Assembly (NCBI GenBank): GCA_963845085.1
Contig: CAWJQI010000005.1
Location: forward strand, 975,433 to 1,039,432
DNA from: Candidatus Fermentibacterota bacterium
GTDB lineage: Bacteria; Fermentibacterota; Fermentibacteria; Fermentibacterales; JCC-6
DNA: 64,000 bases
Reading direction: 5' to 3'
In this document: positions 1-8,944 of the stretch, one piece after another
How positions within the stretch are numbered: the stretch's first letter is position 1
Layout of the letters: each line of letters opens with the position of its first letter
Translations under genes and position numbers: made by a program
Notes under the pieces: model-generated
What the model was told of the DNA's origin: nothing
The model's input: only the letters and a program-made list of their open reading frames with translations
Databases searched by the model: none

Positions 1-944
1 TCCTTCTCGGCGCCGGATGGCCTGCGCCTTCTTCTTCGGCGTTTGCGGGCCGCTTCCGGAGCCTCTGCGCCCTTTTCCTCGACAACCGGTTTAACCTCCG
101 GTTTTGCAGGGGGCAGGGGCTGCTCCATCTTCCTCCGCTTCTGGAACTCATCGAGGGCAAGCGTCTCGGCCTCCTGGGATCCTTCACACCGGACGGTGAC
201 GGTTTCGTGGAAGATATCCGAACCGACCACCTCGCAGGGGGCACCCATCAGGTCAACTTTCTGCCCCGGCTGTGGATAGCTCTTCTGGGCCTGCTGATAG
301 AATTCGGATTCATACGCAAGACAGCACATGAGCCTTCCGCAGGTGCCCGACACCTTGGAGGGGTTCAGGGAAAGGTTCTGCGTGCGCACCATCTTCAGGG
401 TCACGGACTGGAAATCATCAAGAAACCCTGCACAGCACAACGCCCTCCCGCAGATGCCGAGACCGCCCTTGTGCCTCGCGTCGTCACGGATGCCGATCTG
501 TCTCATCTCGATACGGGCCCGGTAACACGCGGCAAGGTCCCTCACCAGACCCCTGAAGTCCGTTCGCTGGTCTGCGGTGAAGTAAACCCTGATCCGGTTC
601 CTGTCAAGCTGCACCTCGCAGTCCGACAGCTTCATGTCGAGCTTTCTCGCATCGATGCGTTCGCGGCAGTAATCAAGCACCGACCTCTCAAAATCCCCGT
701 TGGCCCGAAGCTGCTCCAGATCATCTTCCGTGGCCTCCCGGACGTAGTCGCCGGCACACTGCTCCAAAAGCTCGTCGGTGACGGGAAGTTTGGAAAGAAC
801 CCTCCCGATATCCAGCCCCCGGTCCACCTGCAGAACAGCCAGACTCCCGTTGCTTACGGGAAGCCGGTGTGCGTTGCGGTAGAACCCTTTCCGTCCCGCC
901 TTGAAAACAACCTGGAGTATCTCCAGGACAACCTGTTCAGTCAT
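1..944 (-). CDS. PSP1 domain / RicT (YaaT)-family Fe-S regulatory protein, 3' end runs off the window
   Basis: Not in the ORF track. Manual minus-strand translation gives MTEQVVLEILQVVFKAGRKG..., GICGRALCC and SGTCGRLMCCLAYE motifs. ATG (942-944) overlaps the holB stop, the usual holB-PSP1 order. Confidence 0.9.
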   Translation of the reverse strand, partial: MTEQVVLEILQVVFKAGRKGFYRNAHRLPVSNGSLAVLQVDRGLDIGRVLSKLPVTDELLEQCAGDYVREATEDDLEQLRANGDFERSVLDYCRERIDARKLDMKLSDCEVQLDRNRIRVYFTADQRTDFRGLVRDLAACYRARIEMRQIGIRDDARHKGGLGICGRALCCAGFLDDFQSVTLKMVRTQNLSLNPSKVSGTCGRLMCCLAYESEFYQQAQKSYPQPGQKVDLMGAPCEVVGSDIFHETVTVRCEGSQEAETLALDEFQKRRKMEQPLPPAKPEVKPVVEEKGAEAPEAARKRRRRRRRPSGAEK

Positions 945-1999
945 TTCGATCCTTGTCCGCCCAATGAGAGAACTGCGGCTTCCAAAGCCATGGCAGGTGA
1001 ACCGTTCGCCCGGAGCCTCACGCCGCACCGGTTGAACTGCTCCTGCACCTGTTCCAGAAAGTCATCGGAGAACTCTCCTCCGGAATCCATCCTGCAGCTC
1101 ACGGGAGCTTTCCCAGCATTGCGCCTTCTGAGGTCGTGCGCCGCAGCGGCAATCTCCCTGCAAAGGTCGAGCAACCCCTCCCGTCCCATCTCCCTGGCAA
1201 GCTCACCAGCATAGGATAACAATTCGCCGGGGTCATGAATTGACCTGATGGATTGAAGAACCCCCAGGGCCCTGTTCTCATCCCCGCCGGCCCACTGCAT
1301 GGCTTTCACAAGTGCCCTTCCCGGGCTTCCTCCGCTGGCCAGGGCCAGCGACCCTGCATCTTCGGGGCTGAGGCGGGTTCTCGAGAGCAGTATGCTCCTG
1401 ACCTCGTCGAAGCCAAGCGTTCCCAATCTCGCGCAATGGGACCGTGACCTCACCGTGGGAAGGACTCCGGAGAGAAATGATGTAGTGAGGATGAGAAGGG
1501 TTTTTTCAGGGGGTTCCTCAAGGGTCTTCAGCAGTGCGTTCGCAGCCTCGCGCCGCATCAGGTGGGCGTCGAGGATAATCTCCACATGTCCCCTTCCCTC
1601 GAAGGACTTTCTTGCGAGCCTGGCTTCCATCTCGCGCACCTGCCCGATGGATATCCCGGTGTTGCCCGGAAACCTGAGCGGGGTCACACCGTCGGCTACC
1701 CTGGAAGCGATTAGCGCCGCCTCATCATCAACTGTAACAGAGGCCGTTTTGGGGATTGTGATCCGAACATCCGGATGGTTCATGGCAAAAACCCTCTTGC
1801 AGTGATTGCACTCCCCGCAGAAACCAGCGGGGTCCCCGGGGCAGATCAGGCACGCCGCGAGGTCGAGCGCCATGGAAAAACGGCCGCAGCCCTCAGGCCC
1901 TGCGAGAAGGTAGGCATGTGCGAGCCTCTCCGATTCAACGGCCGATGCGAGCAGGCTCCTTGCTCCGGACTGGCCGAGTATCGAAAGGAAGGGCTTCAC
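941..1999 (-). CDS. holB: DNA polymerase III delta' subunit
   Basis: HAYLLAGPEGCG, Cys cluster CGECNHC, HPD, AANALLKTLEEPP, TVRSR. Confidence 0.9.
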   Translation of the reverse strand: MKPFLSILGQSGARSLLASAVESERLAHAYLLAGPEGCGRFSMALDLAACLICPGDPAGFCGECNHCKRVFAMNHPDVRITIPKTASVTVDDEAALIASRVADGVTPLRFPGNTGISIGQVREMEARLARKSFEGRGHVEIILDAHLMRREAANALLKTLEEPPEKTLLILTTSFLSGVLPTVRSRSHCARLGTLGFDEVRSILLSRTRLSPEDAGSLALASGGSPGRALVKAMQWAGGDENRALGVLQSIRSIHDPGELLSYAGELAREMGREGLLDLCREIAAAAHDLRRRNAGKAPVSCRMDSGGEFSDDFLEQVQEQFNRCGVRLRANGSPAMALEAAVLSLGGQGSK

Positions 2000-3126
2000 G
2001 GTCCGGGCTCCAGGAATTGTGTGGGATCGACCGGCTCGGCTCCCCTTCTCATCTCGATGTAGTAACCGGGCCTTCCGCCCGGAAGAGGCCCAACGGTCCC
2101 GACAATTGTCCCCTGTGACACGGAGTCCCCCCGTGCAACGCTCAAATCCCCCAGATGGCCGTAGATGGTGAACCAGCCGTCCTGGTGGTCGAGCACGACC
2201 ATGCGCCCCATGCTCATGAACTCCCGTGAGAAGACAACCGCCCCCCCTGCCAATGCCCGAACCGATTCATCGGGGGCGGTGGCAATGCTCACACCGTCAC
2301 AGACGGTTTCCGTGCCGTACACGGGGTCACGCTCGACACCGAAGCTTCGGACGATGGAACCCCGTCCCGGCCATGGTATGCTTCCCCGGGACACCTCGAA
2401 GTACGAGTCACCCCCCGGCAGCGGAAGCGACTGGGATGCCCCGGAAGTAGACGGCGATGAAGCCCGAAGGTCGGTGACCAGAGCCGTGAGTTCCCGTCTC
2501 TGCGTTTCAAGAACGGAGGCGGATTCAGCAGCAGCGCTTATCTCGTCGCGAAGGCTCAATCGGAGAAGAGCCTGACGCTCCTCCTCCCCGTAGATCCTTT
2601 CCTGCAGCTCCTCCATCTCGACCCTTAGGGTTCGGACGCTGGTCCGCAGGGTTTCAAGCGAATCGCGGTAATGTGCAAGGCTGTCGCTGCTCTGGGTGAG
2701 CAGTTCAACCTGTGAAGCGGCTCTTCTCGCCAGGTGATCGAGGTACACCCTCCTCCTGACCAGCATCTGTACTCCACCCCTCGAAAAAAGCAGGGCCGGG
2801 GACACACGGGACCGCTGTGAGTAAAGGTATACAAGGTAATCCGCGAGACCGTCTTCGAGAATCGTGCGGGCGGAATCCTCAAGCATCCACCTGCCGTTGA
2901 TCTCATCGATGGCCATCGTGATCCCGGCTTCCCTCAGGACAAGCTCGTTGTAGTAGTCTCTTGCGGCTGCAAGATGTTCGTGCAGGGCAAGAAGCACCTC
3001 CCTCGCACCCGCGTCGCGGCTCTCAAGCACTTCGAGGCGAAGCCTGGCCTCTTCAAGCCTCCGGTCGAGGTCATCGGCCCCGGAGGTGCCTGCCAGCAGT
3101 ATCGCGAAAACGATGAGGAATAACAC
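1996..3126 (-). CDS. EnvC-like murein hydrolase activator (signal peptide, coiled coil, M23/LytM domain)
   Basis: Hydrophobic N-terminus, long coiled coil, C-terminal WPGRG...TIYGHL...VDP. The Zn ligands are partly degenerate, as in EnvC. Confidence 0.8.
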   Translation of the reverse strand: MLFLIVFAILLAGTSGADDLDRRLEEARLRLEVLESRDAGAREVLLALHEHLAAARDYYNELVLREAGITMAIDEINGRWMLEDSARTILEDGLADYLVYLYSQRSRVSPALLFSRGGVQMLVRRRVYLDHLARRAASQVELLTQSSDSLAHYRDSLETLRTSVRTLRVEMEELQERIYGEEERQALLRLSLRDEISAAAESASVLETQRRELTALVTDLRASSPSTSGASQSLPLPGGDSYFEVSRGSIPWPGRGSIVRSFGVERDPVYGTETVCDGVSIATAPDESVRALAGGAVVFSREFMSMGRMVVLDHQDGWFTIYGHLGDLSVARGDSVSQGTIVGTVGPLPGGRPGYYIEMRRGAEPVDPTQFLEPGP

Positions 3127-3130
3127 TTCC

Positions 3131-4291
3131 CTACTTGAGAAGCAGCGCCGAAAGCTCGCCGGCCTTGTCGGTTCTTTCCCACCTGAACGAGCCGTCGCCG
3201 CCGTTCACCCTTCCAAAATGCCCGAAGGTTGCCGTTTTGCGGAAGATCGGATTCCTGAGCCCCAGCTCTTCGATGATGCCATAGGGTCGAAGGGGGAAGA
3301 TATCACGGATGGCCTTCTCAACGAGCCTGAGGTCTCCGACCTTCTCAGTCCCGAAGGTGTCGACCCTGATGCTCAGCGGATCGGGGTAGCCGATGGCGTA
3401 CGCGAGCTGGATCTCACAGCGGTCAGCGACGCCTGCGGCAACGATGTTCTTCGCAATGTAACGGGCCATGTAGGCGGCCGACCTGTCAACCTTTGTGCTG
3501 TCCTTGCCGCTGAAGGCTCCGCCCCCGTGCCTGCCCGCGCCGCCGTAGGTGTCAACGATGATCTTCCGGCCGGTGAGACCGGTATCGCCGTTGGGGCCCC
3601 CGATGACGAAACGTCCGGACGGATTGTAAAGCAGCTTGCCCGACCACTCAAGGCTTGGGGAGATGACATCGAGAACGGGCTCGACCACCTTGCTGCGGAT
3701 CTCACGGCTCATCTCATCGTTGGTTGCGTCTTCGGCATGGTGAACAGACATGAGTATCTCGGTGATCGCCACTGGGCGGTCGCCATCGTACTGGACCGTC
3801 ACCTGGCTTTTGGCGTCGGGTCTCGCCCAGGGAAGGTTCCCAATGCGCCTTTCGGCCGACAGCTTCTCCAACAGCCTGTGGGCGAGGTGGATCGGGTAGG
3901 GCATGAGCGCCTTTGTTTCAGTGCACGCAAAACCGAACATCATGCCCTGGTCTCCCGCGCCCTGATTCGAGGTAACGCCGTTGTTGATGTCCTGCGACTG
4001 GGCGTGGATCCTGACCTGGTATTCCACTTCGTCGGCACAGAAGCCTATGCCCGGAATATCGTAACCGATTGACCGCACTGTCTCACGGGCAACATCGAGG
4101 TAGTCGACCCGGCCGCTTGAGCGAACTTCCCCGGCAACAAGGCAGAAGTTGGTCGTCACAAGCGTCTCGCAGGCAACATGGCTGTCAGGGTCAAGAGCGA
4201 GATGGGCATCGAGCACGGCATCGGATATCTGATCGCAGACCTTGTCGGGGTGGCCCTCGGAAACGGACTCGCTGGTGAAGAGCTTTCTCAT
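3131..4291 (-). CDS. metK: S-adenosylmethionine synthetase
   Basis: [36 protein letters not shown] before the ATG at 4291. Confidence 0.97.
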   Translation of the reverse strand: MRKLFTSESVSEGHPDKVCDQISDAVLDAHLALDPDSHVACETLVTTNFCLVAGEVRSSGRVDYLDVARETVRSIGYDIPGIGFCADEVEYQVRIHAQSQDINNGVTSNQGAGDQGMMFGFACTETKALMPYPIHLAHRLLEKLSAERRIGNLPWARPDAKSQVTVQYDGDRPVAITEILMSVHHAEDATNDEMSREIRSKVVEPVLDVISPSLEWSGKLLYNPSGRFVIGGPNGDTGLTGRKIIVDTYGGAGRHGGGAFSGKDSTKVDRSAAYMARYIAKNIVAAGVADRCEIQLAYAIGYPDPLSIRVDTFGTEKVGDLRLVEKAIRDIFPLRPYGIIEELGLRNPIFRKTATFGHFGRVNGGDGSFRWERTDKAGELSALLLK

Positions 4292-4307
4292 GATAACCTC
4301 CGTAACG

Positions 4308-4332
4308 AAAAAAAGCCGTCGGCCGACGGCTT
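4308..4332 (-). terminator. Intrinsic terminator in the metK leader (riboswitch expression platform)
   Basis: Minus strand reads GCCGTC-GGCC-GACGGC followed by TTTTTTT. Confidence 0.85.
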
Positions 4333-4350
4333 GAGGCACAGCTGGCGGCA

Positions 4351-4401
4351 TTTTAGCACTTTTTTTACCGTGGTTGCAATACGCCTCAAATCACTCCACG
4401 C
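4351..4401 (-). ncRNA. SAM-II-type riboswitch aptamer upstream of metK
   Basis: Minus strand GCGTGGAGTGATTTGAGGCGTATTGCAACCACGGTAAAAAAAGTGCTAAAA: P1 CGTGG/CCACG with GATTT, TTGC and GCTAAA in SAM-II order. Confidence 0.82.
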
Positions 4402-4409
4402 ATGAAGGA

Positions 4410-4438
4410 AATATTGGCTCAGCCGCTCCCCGAGTCAA
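4410..4438 (-). promoter_or_regulatory. sigma-70-like promoter for the metK leader
   Basis: TTGACT-N17-AATATT on the minus strand just upstream of the aptamer. Confidence 0.5.
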
Positions 4439-6180
4439 TCCCGGTCGTTGGAGACAAGGCCGGCGATCTGGTCGAGGTTGTCGGGATCCTGTTCTTCGCC
4501 CGCCGCTCCGACGGTGCTTGAAAGCCTTTCCGAAAGAGTGTCCATGTCTTCCGAGAACCTGTTCAGAAGGGCTTCACTGCGCAGTTTCTCCCGGCGGGCC
4601 TCAAGCACGCGCGACTCGCGTTCCCGAACCTCAGCCTCCCTGACGCCCCACTGAGCCTGTCTCTTCTTCTCGAGAAAGGCCTTTCCCGAGCTGTCGGGGA
4701 AAAGGTAGTAGAGCATCTTTTCCTGCGGGGTTTCCGCCAGGGGAAGCCTTGTCCCGGCTGCGATCGGGATCTCCCTGTCGAACGACGACGAATCGTATTC
4801 GCGTTCATCGCTGAAACCACAGACTTCCTGTCTGTACGCGGGATCGACGGGGAACGGGGTTTTCCCATAGTAACCGGCGATAAGGTTTACGAACTGCACC
4901 GGGTTCACGTCCTTGCCCATGGCCGTAAAATAGGCCTTCACCCCGACGATCTGGCTCGTCGGCGTGACGAGCGGGCACCATCCCGCCTTCTGCCTGACCT
5001 CCTGCACCGCTTCGAGTGCACGGCCCAGGTACTCCGACTTGCCGTCACGGGCGAGCTGATTCACGAAGTTCGAGTACATGCCGCCCGGTATCTGGGCCTC
5101 GAGAACTTTGATGTTCGGCGGCGGGAAGCCGCACATGGCCTCCATCCCGTGTATGGTTTCAAGCGCCTTTTCAACGCTTCCCTTCTCAAGGTGGGCAATC
5201 GTCTCCCCGGCAAGAGGCAGAAGCGCTTCGCGCCCTGGCCAGACCGAACGGTGGACCTTCAGGCCGAACTGCTTCTCCGCCTCCTCCACTACGCTTCGCA
5301 TCTCCCTGTGAAGGGGCTCAAGCGTTTTTTCGGACAGGTCAAGCCCGGTATCGATGCCCAGCACCTCGGCAAAAATGCCGAGAAGCTCGGCTGAAGGGTG
5401 CGAGCTTCCGCCGGCGAGCGGCAGGAATGCCGTGTCGATCATGTCAACACCGCACAGCATCGCGATGAGGGCGGAAATATGGCCGTAGCCCGGCGTGCAG
5501 TGGGTATGGCTGACCACGGGAACGGAAAGCCTCTTTTTGAGTCCGCTGTAGTACTCCCACGCGGCCACCGGTGACTTCAGGCCCGCCATGTCCTTGTCAC
5601 TGATCATGTCGGCGCCCATTTCCTCGAGCTCGAGCGCCTTCCTGACGAAATGGTCAGTGTCGTAGGGCGTTCCGGTGGTGTAGCAGACCGCCGCGTCGAA
5701 AGTGCCGCCAGCCTCCCTCACGCCTGCCAGCGCGGCGCGAAAGTTGGGGGAGTAGTTGAGGGCATCGAATATCCGCATCACGGTCGTTCCGGCTTTCACG
5801 GCCTCTCTGTTGAAATCCTTCACGATGTCGTCGGGATAGGGATCGTAGCCGAAAAGGTTCTGCCCCCGGGAAAGGGTTCTCAGACCGGCGCCGTACGGGC
5901 GGGCTTTCTCGCTCATTCTGGAAAGTCTGTCGAAGGGGTTTTCGTCGAGGAACCTCATAGCACTGTCGAGAACGGCACCGCCCCAGACCTCGAGAAGCCG
6001 CACCCCCGTGTCAAGCACGGGGCCCATGAGCCTCATCACCTGGTCCGTGGACATCCTGGTTGCCAGCAGGGACTGCTGTCCGTCCCTGAGGGAAAGGTCA
6101 ATGAACCTGACAGATCGGGCACCGCTGCTGATCATTCTCGGGGCGGGCCTTAACCGGGCAAACACCTTCGAAAGATGCAT
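4435..6180 (-). CDS. Pyruvate/oxaloacetate carboxyltransferase (OadA/PycB/transcarboxylase 5S-like), no biotinyl domain
   Basis: LRDGQQSLLATRM, EVWGGA, KDMAG, HTHCT, IPGGMYSN, PLVTPTSQIVG; no EAMKM motif. Confidence 0.88.
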   Translation of the reverse strand: MHLSKVFARLRPAPRMISSGARSVRFIDLSLRDGQQSLLATRMSTDQVMRLMGPVLDTGVRLLEVWGGAVLDSAMRFLDENPFDRLSRMSEKARPYGAGLRTLSRGQNLFGYDPYPDDIVKDFNREAVKAGTTVMRIFDALNYSPNFRAALAGVREAGGTFDAAVCYTTGTPYDTDHFVRKALELEEMGADMISDKDMAGLKSPVAAWEYYSGLKKRLSVPVVSHTHCTPGYGHISALIAMLCGVDMIDTAFLPLAGGSSHPSAELLGIFAEVLGIDTGLDLSEKTLEPLHREMRSVVEEAEKQFGLKVHRSVWPGREALLPLAGETIAHLEKGSVEKALETIHGMEAMCGFPPPNIKVLEAQIPGGMYSNFVNQLARDGKSEYLGRALEAVQEVRQKAGWCPLVTPTSQIVGVKAYFTAMGKDVNPVQFVNLIAGYYGKTPFPVDPAYRQEVCGFSDEREYDSSSFDREIPIAAGTRLPLAETPQEKMLYYLFPDSSGKAFLEKKRQAQWGVREAEVRERESRVLEARREKLRSEALLNRFSEDMDTLSERLSSTVGAAGEEQDPDNLDQIAGLVSNDRD

Positions 6181-6296
6181 TCTGGAGACCTCTCAACGGG
6201 CTGGGGGCTTTTTCCGCAAAGCACTGTGATTATATTGCATCCTGCCTTGTGTGTGGTATTTCTTCCAGGCCGATACTCTTCGGAGGGTTGGTATCA

Positions 6297-7088
6297 GTGA
6301 CCGATCAGGACAGGGTGCGGGACTTGATCAGGGATGCCCGTAGGAATGCTCTTTCGGGCAGCCGTGAACAGGCGCTCGAACTCATTCGCAAAGCCCTCGC
6401 CCTTGACCCCGATGAGCGGGTGATAACTGAAACAATTCTGTCCATGGAGGAGGGCGGCATCGCATCCAGGCCCAGTCAGGCCACCGCGGTGAACGACTCC
6501 GTCAGACTTCCCGAAAGGACCGATCCAATGGCCATTGACCCCAGGCTGGAAAAAGCGCTTGACCTTTCCGAGCAGTGCCGTCAGGCCGGTGACAACGCGA
6601 GGGCACTGGCATATCTGAAAAAGGCGAAGCAGCTCTTTCCCGACAGTGCAATCGTCGAGGAGAGACTGACCTCCCTTTCCACAACGCTTCAGGCCGAGAC
6701 CCTCGTCTCAGTTGCCAGGAAGCGTTTGGAGAAAGGCGAGGTTAAGCAGGCCGTTGCAGCCGCCCGGCAGGCTTTTCAGACACTTCCCGACGCGCCGGGG
6801 CTTGTTGAACTCCTGGGTGACATTGAGAAAGCATCAATGGAATCGGCGCCCGTTGTGTTCTCTGGCGCACAGGATGAGGAGATGGAGCCCGAGGGTGACG
6901 AAGAGGGCGAATACGACGACTCTTTCGATTCCGTCGACGACCTCATCGAGAAGATCAGGCAGCTCGTCAGGGATGACAGGTGGGATGATGCAGCCATTCT
7001 TGTCGAGCAGGGAGTGATGGACTTCCCGGGGAACGACCTGCTCGAAACCTTCAAGGTTAAATTCAAGCGGCTGGGCTTCCTGAGCTGA
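6297..7088 (+). CDS. TPR-repeat protein
   Basis: Repeated helical A..A...P motifs (ALELIRKALALDP, ALAYLKKAKQLFP); GGAGG RBS before GTG 6297. Confidence 0.7.
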   Translation: MTDQDRVRDLIRDARRNALSGSREQALELIRKALALDPDERVITETILSMEEGGIASRPSQATAVNDSVRLPERTDPMAIDPRLEKALDLSEQCRQAGDNARALAYLKKAKQLFPDSAIVEERLTSLSTTLQAETLVSVARKRLEKGEVKQAVAAARQAFQTLPDAPGLVELLGDIEKASMESAPVVFSGAQDEEMEPEGDEEGEYDDSFDSVDDLIEKIRQLVRDDRWDDAAILVEQGVMDFPGNDLLETFKVKFKRLGFLS

Positions 7089-7094
7089 CGGCTG

Positions 7095-7274
7095 CTATCC
7101 CTGGAAAAAGCCCGGAACACAGGTCAGAAGCACTCCCAGAACCAGAACAAAAAGGCCGACCACGAAGACGGCCCCCGCCACGATCCCGTGAAAACGCTTC
7201 CTTCCGAGCATTATGAAACCGAATGAAGCTGCCAGAAGCCCCGCAATGACCAGGGCAAGATATCCCGGATTCAA
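7095..7274 (-). CDS. Small 59-aa two-TM membrane protein (absent from the ORF track)
   Basis: GGAGG RBS, TTG start, MNPGYLALVIAGLLAASFGFIMLGRKRFHGIVAGAVFVVGLFVLVLGVLLTCVPGFFQG*. Confidence 0.75.
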   Translation of the reverse strand: MNPGYLALVIAGLLAASFGFIMLGRKRFHGIVAGAVFVVGLFVLVLGVLLTCVPGFFQG

Positions 7275-7329
7275 GTAACAACCTCCAAGTGCTTGAGACG
7301 ATCCCGGAATATAGCCCTTCTGCGGGAGG

Positions 7330-8328
7330 CTACCTTCCGGAGCTTCTTATCTTCTCCCAGAGGGCTTTCTCATCGTGTGAGAGACCTGTGGGGATGGCCA
7401 CCGTCACGTGCACAAGCTGGTCGCCCTGGACACCCCGCTGGACCGCTCCCCTCCCCCTGATCCGAAGCACGGTTCCGGGCTGGGTGCCTTCGGGTATCTT
7501 CAGGCGGATCTTGCCGTCGAGCGTCCTGATCATCACCCTGGTGCCCAGGGCTGCCTGGGCGGCGGTGATCCGCACCTCGCAGTGGATGTCACGACCTTCA
7601 CGGCGCAGGAACCTGTCCGGGAGGACCCTGACCATGGCCTGCACCATGCCGCCGGTGGTCTGGACACGGAGGATGCTTCCATCCTCGACGCCGGCGGGAA
7701 CGGTAATCGTCACCCGGTCATGGGTGCCGACCCTTCCGCTTCCACCGCAGGCGGCGCACCGCTTCGCAAGCGTAAAGCCCCGTCCTCCGCAGTGCTGGCA
7801 GGGATGGCTCGTTGAGAACAACCCGTGCCCGCTTGTGACATGGCCGCTTCCACCGCAGGAAGAGCAGCTTTCCCTGCCAGTCCCGCCGAGTCCGCCGCAT
7901 TCCTGGCAGTCGACGGGGATGCTCAGATCGGCATCGATGTTCCCGCCCCGGGCCGCAGTGGCAAAAGGCACGGCTATATCAACGGCCGGCGCTGGCTTCC
8001 TGCCCCTCGCACCGAAACCGCCTCCGAAAATGCCGCTGAGTATGTCCCCCAGGCCGCCCCCGAAGCCGCCTTCGAAACCATCCTCGGGGATTCCTCCGTC
8101 GAAGAAGGCTCCGCCGCCTTTTTTCGCGGCGTCGAACTTCGCCCGCTTGTCCGGGTCGCCGATCACATCGTAGGCGTCCTGGATTTCCTTGAACCGCTCC
8201 TCGGCGGACTTGTTCCCCGGGTTGGCGTCGGGGTGGTACTTCTTCGCAAGCTTGCGGTAAGCCTGCCTGACCTCGTCCTGCGCCGCGCCTTCAGAGACCC
8301 CGAGGATCGAGTAGGGATCCCTATTCAC
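7330..8328 (-). CDS. dnaJ: Chaperone DnaJ
   Basis: J domain with HPD, G/F region, four CxxCxGxG motifs. Confidence 0.95.
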   Translation of the reverse strand: MNRDPYSILGVSEGAAQDEVRQAYRKLAKKYHPDANPGNKSAEERFKEIQDAYDVIGDPDKRAKFDAAKKGGGAFFDGGIPEDGFEGGFGGGLGDILSGIFGGGFGARGRKPAPAVDIAVPFATAARGGNIDADLSIPVDCQECGGLGGTGRESCSSCGGSGHVTSGHGLFSTSHPCQHCGGRGFTLAKRCAACGGSGRVGTHDRVTITVPAGVEDGSILRVQTTGGMVQAMVRVLPDRFLRREGRDIHCEVRITAAQAALGTRVMIRTLDGKIRLKIPEGTQPGTVLRIRGRGAVQRGVQGDQLVHVTVAIPTGLSHDEKALWEKIRSSGR

Positions 8329-8944
8329 CGCTGCCTTCGACCTCCCGCTTCACTCCGCGGATGACCTTGACCCTCACGGGCCGGATCAGCTCCTGCCCAA
8401 GCCGGTAGCCTTTCTGCAGAACCTGTTTCACGGCATCGCTTACCGCATCGGCTGCATCCTCGGCCATCATGGCCTCGTGAATGTTTGGGTCGAAAAGGTC
8501 ACCTTCACTGGTTTCCACCACGCTCAGCCCCTCCTTCTGAAGGATCGATTCGAGGTGGTTGCCAATCTGGAGCAGCCCCGAGATTATCTCGGAGTCGGGG
8601 TGGCTCCCGTCAAGCGTTTCCCTTGCCCTGTCGAAGTTGTCGAGCACAGGGAGTAGCTCGGTCATGAGCTGCTTCCTGCCCTGGCTGATCAGCCTGTTGA
8701 AATCCCTGGCCTGCCTTTTTCTGTAGTTGTCGAACTCGGCGGCAAGGCGCCTGTAGTCGTCGAGGAGGTTGTTGTAGTCGTCGAGGGACAGTGTTCCCTC
8801 CTCGCCGGTCTGTGGCTCTTCCGGCAGCGGGGTCAACTCCTCGGGAACCGATTCGCATTCGGCACCCCTCCGGGATGCCCCCGCACCGCGCCTCGGGTCA
8901 TCGCCGACCGCCTGGGCTCGGGCGCTACGCCTGCTCATGTTCAT
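8321..8944 (-). CDS. grpE: Nucleotide exchange factor GrpE
   Basis: [29 protein letters not shown]. Confidence 0.95.
   Translation of the reverse strand: MNMSRRSARAQAVGDDPRRGAGASRRGAECESVPEELTPLPEEPQTGEEGTLSLDDYNNLLDDYRRLAAEFDNYRKRQARDFNRLISQGRKQLMTELLPVLDNFDRARETLDGSHPDSEIISGLLQIGNHLESILQKEGLSVVETSEGDLFDPNIHEAMMAEDAADAVSDAVKQVLQKGYRLGQELIRPVRVKVIRGVKREVEGSGE

Noticed and set aside
207..1214. Long antisense ORFs (also 3086-4072, 20331-21380, 30084-31241, 34171-35583 and others)
   Set aside because: They are shadows of well-supported genes on the opposite strand, expected in high-GC DNA.
6110..6180. Transit-peptide-like N-terminus on the carboxyltransferase
   Set aside because: The context is clearly bacterial; most likely coincidence or a later start codon.
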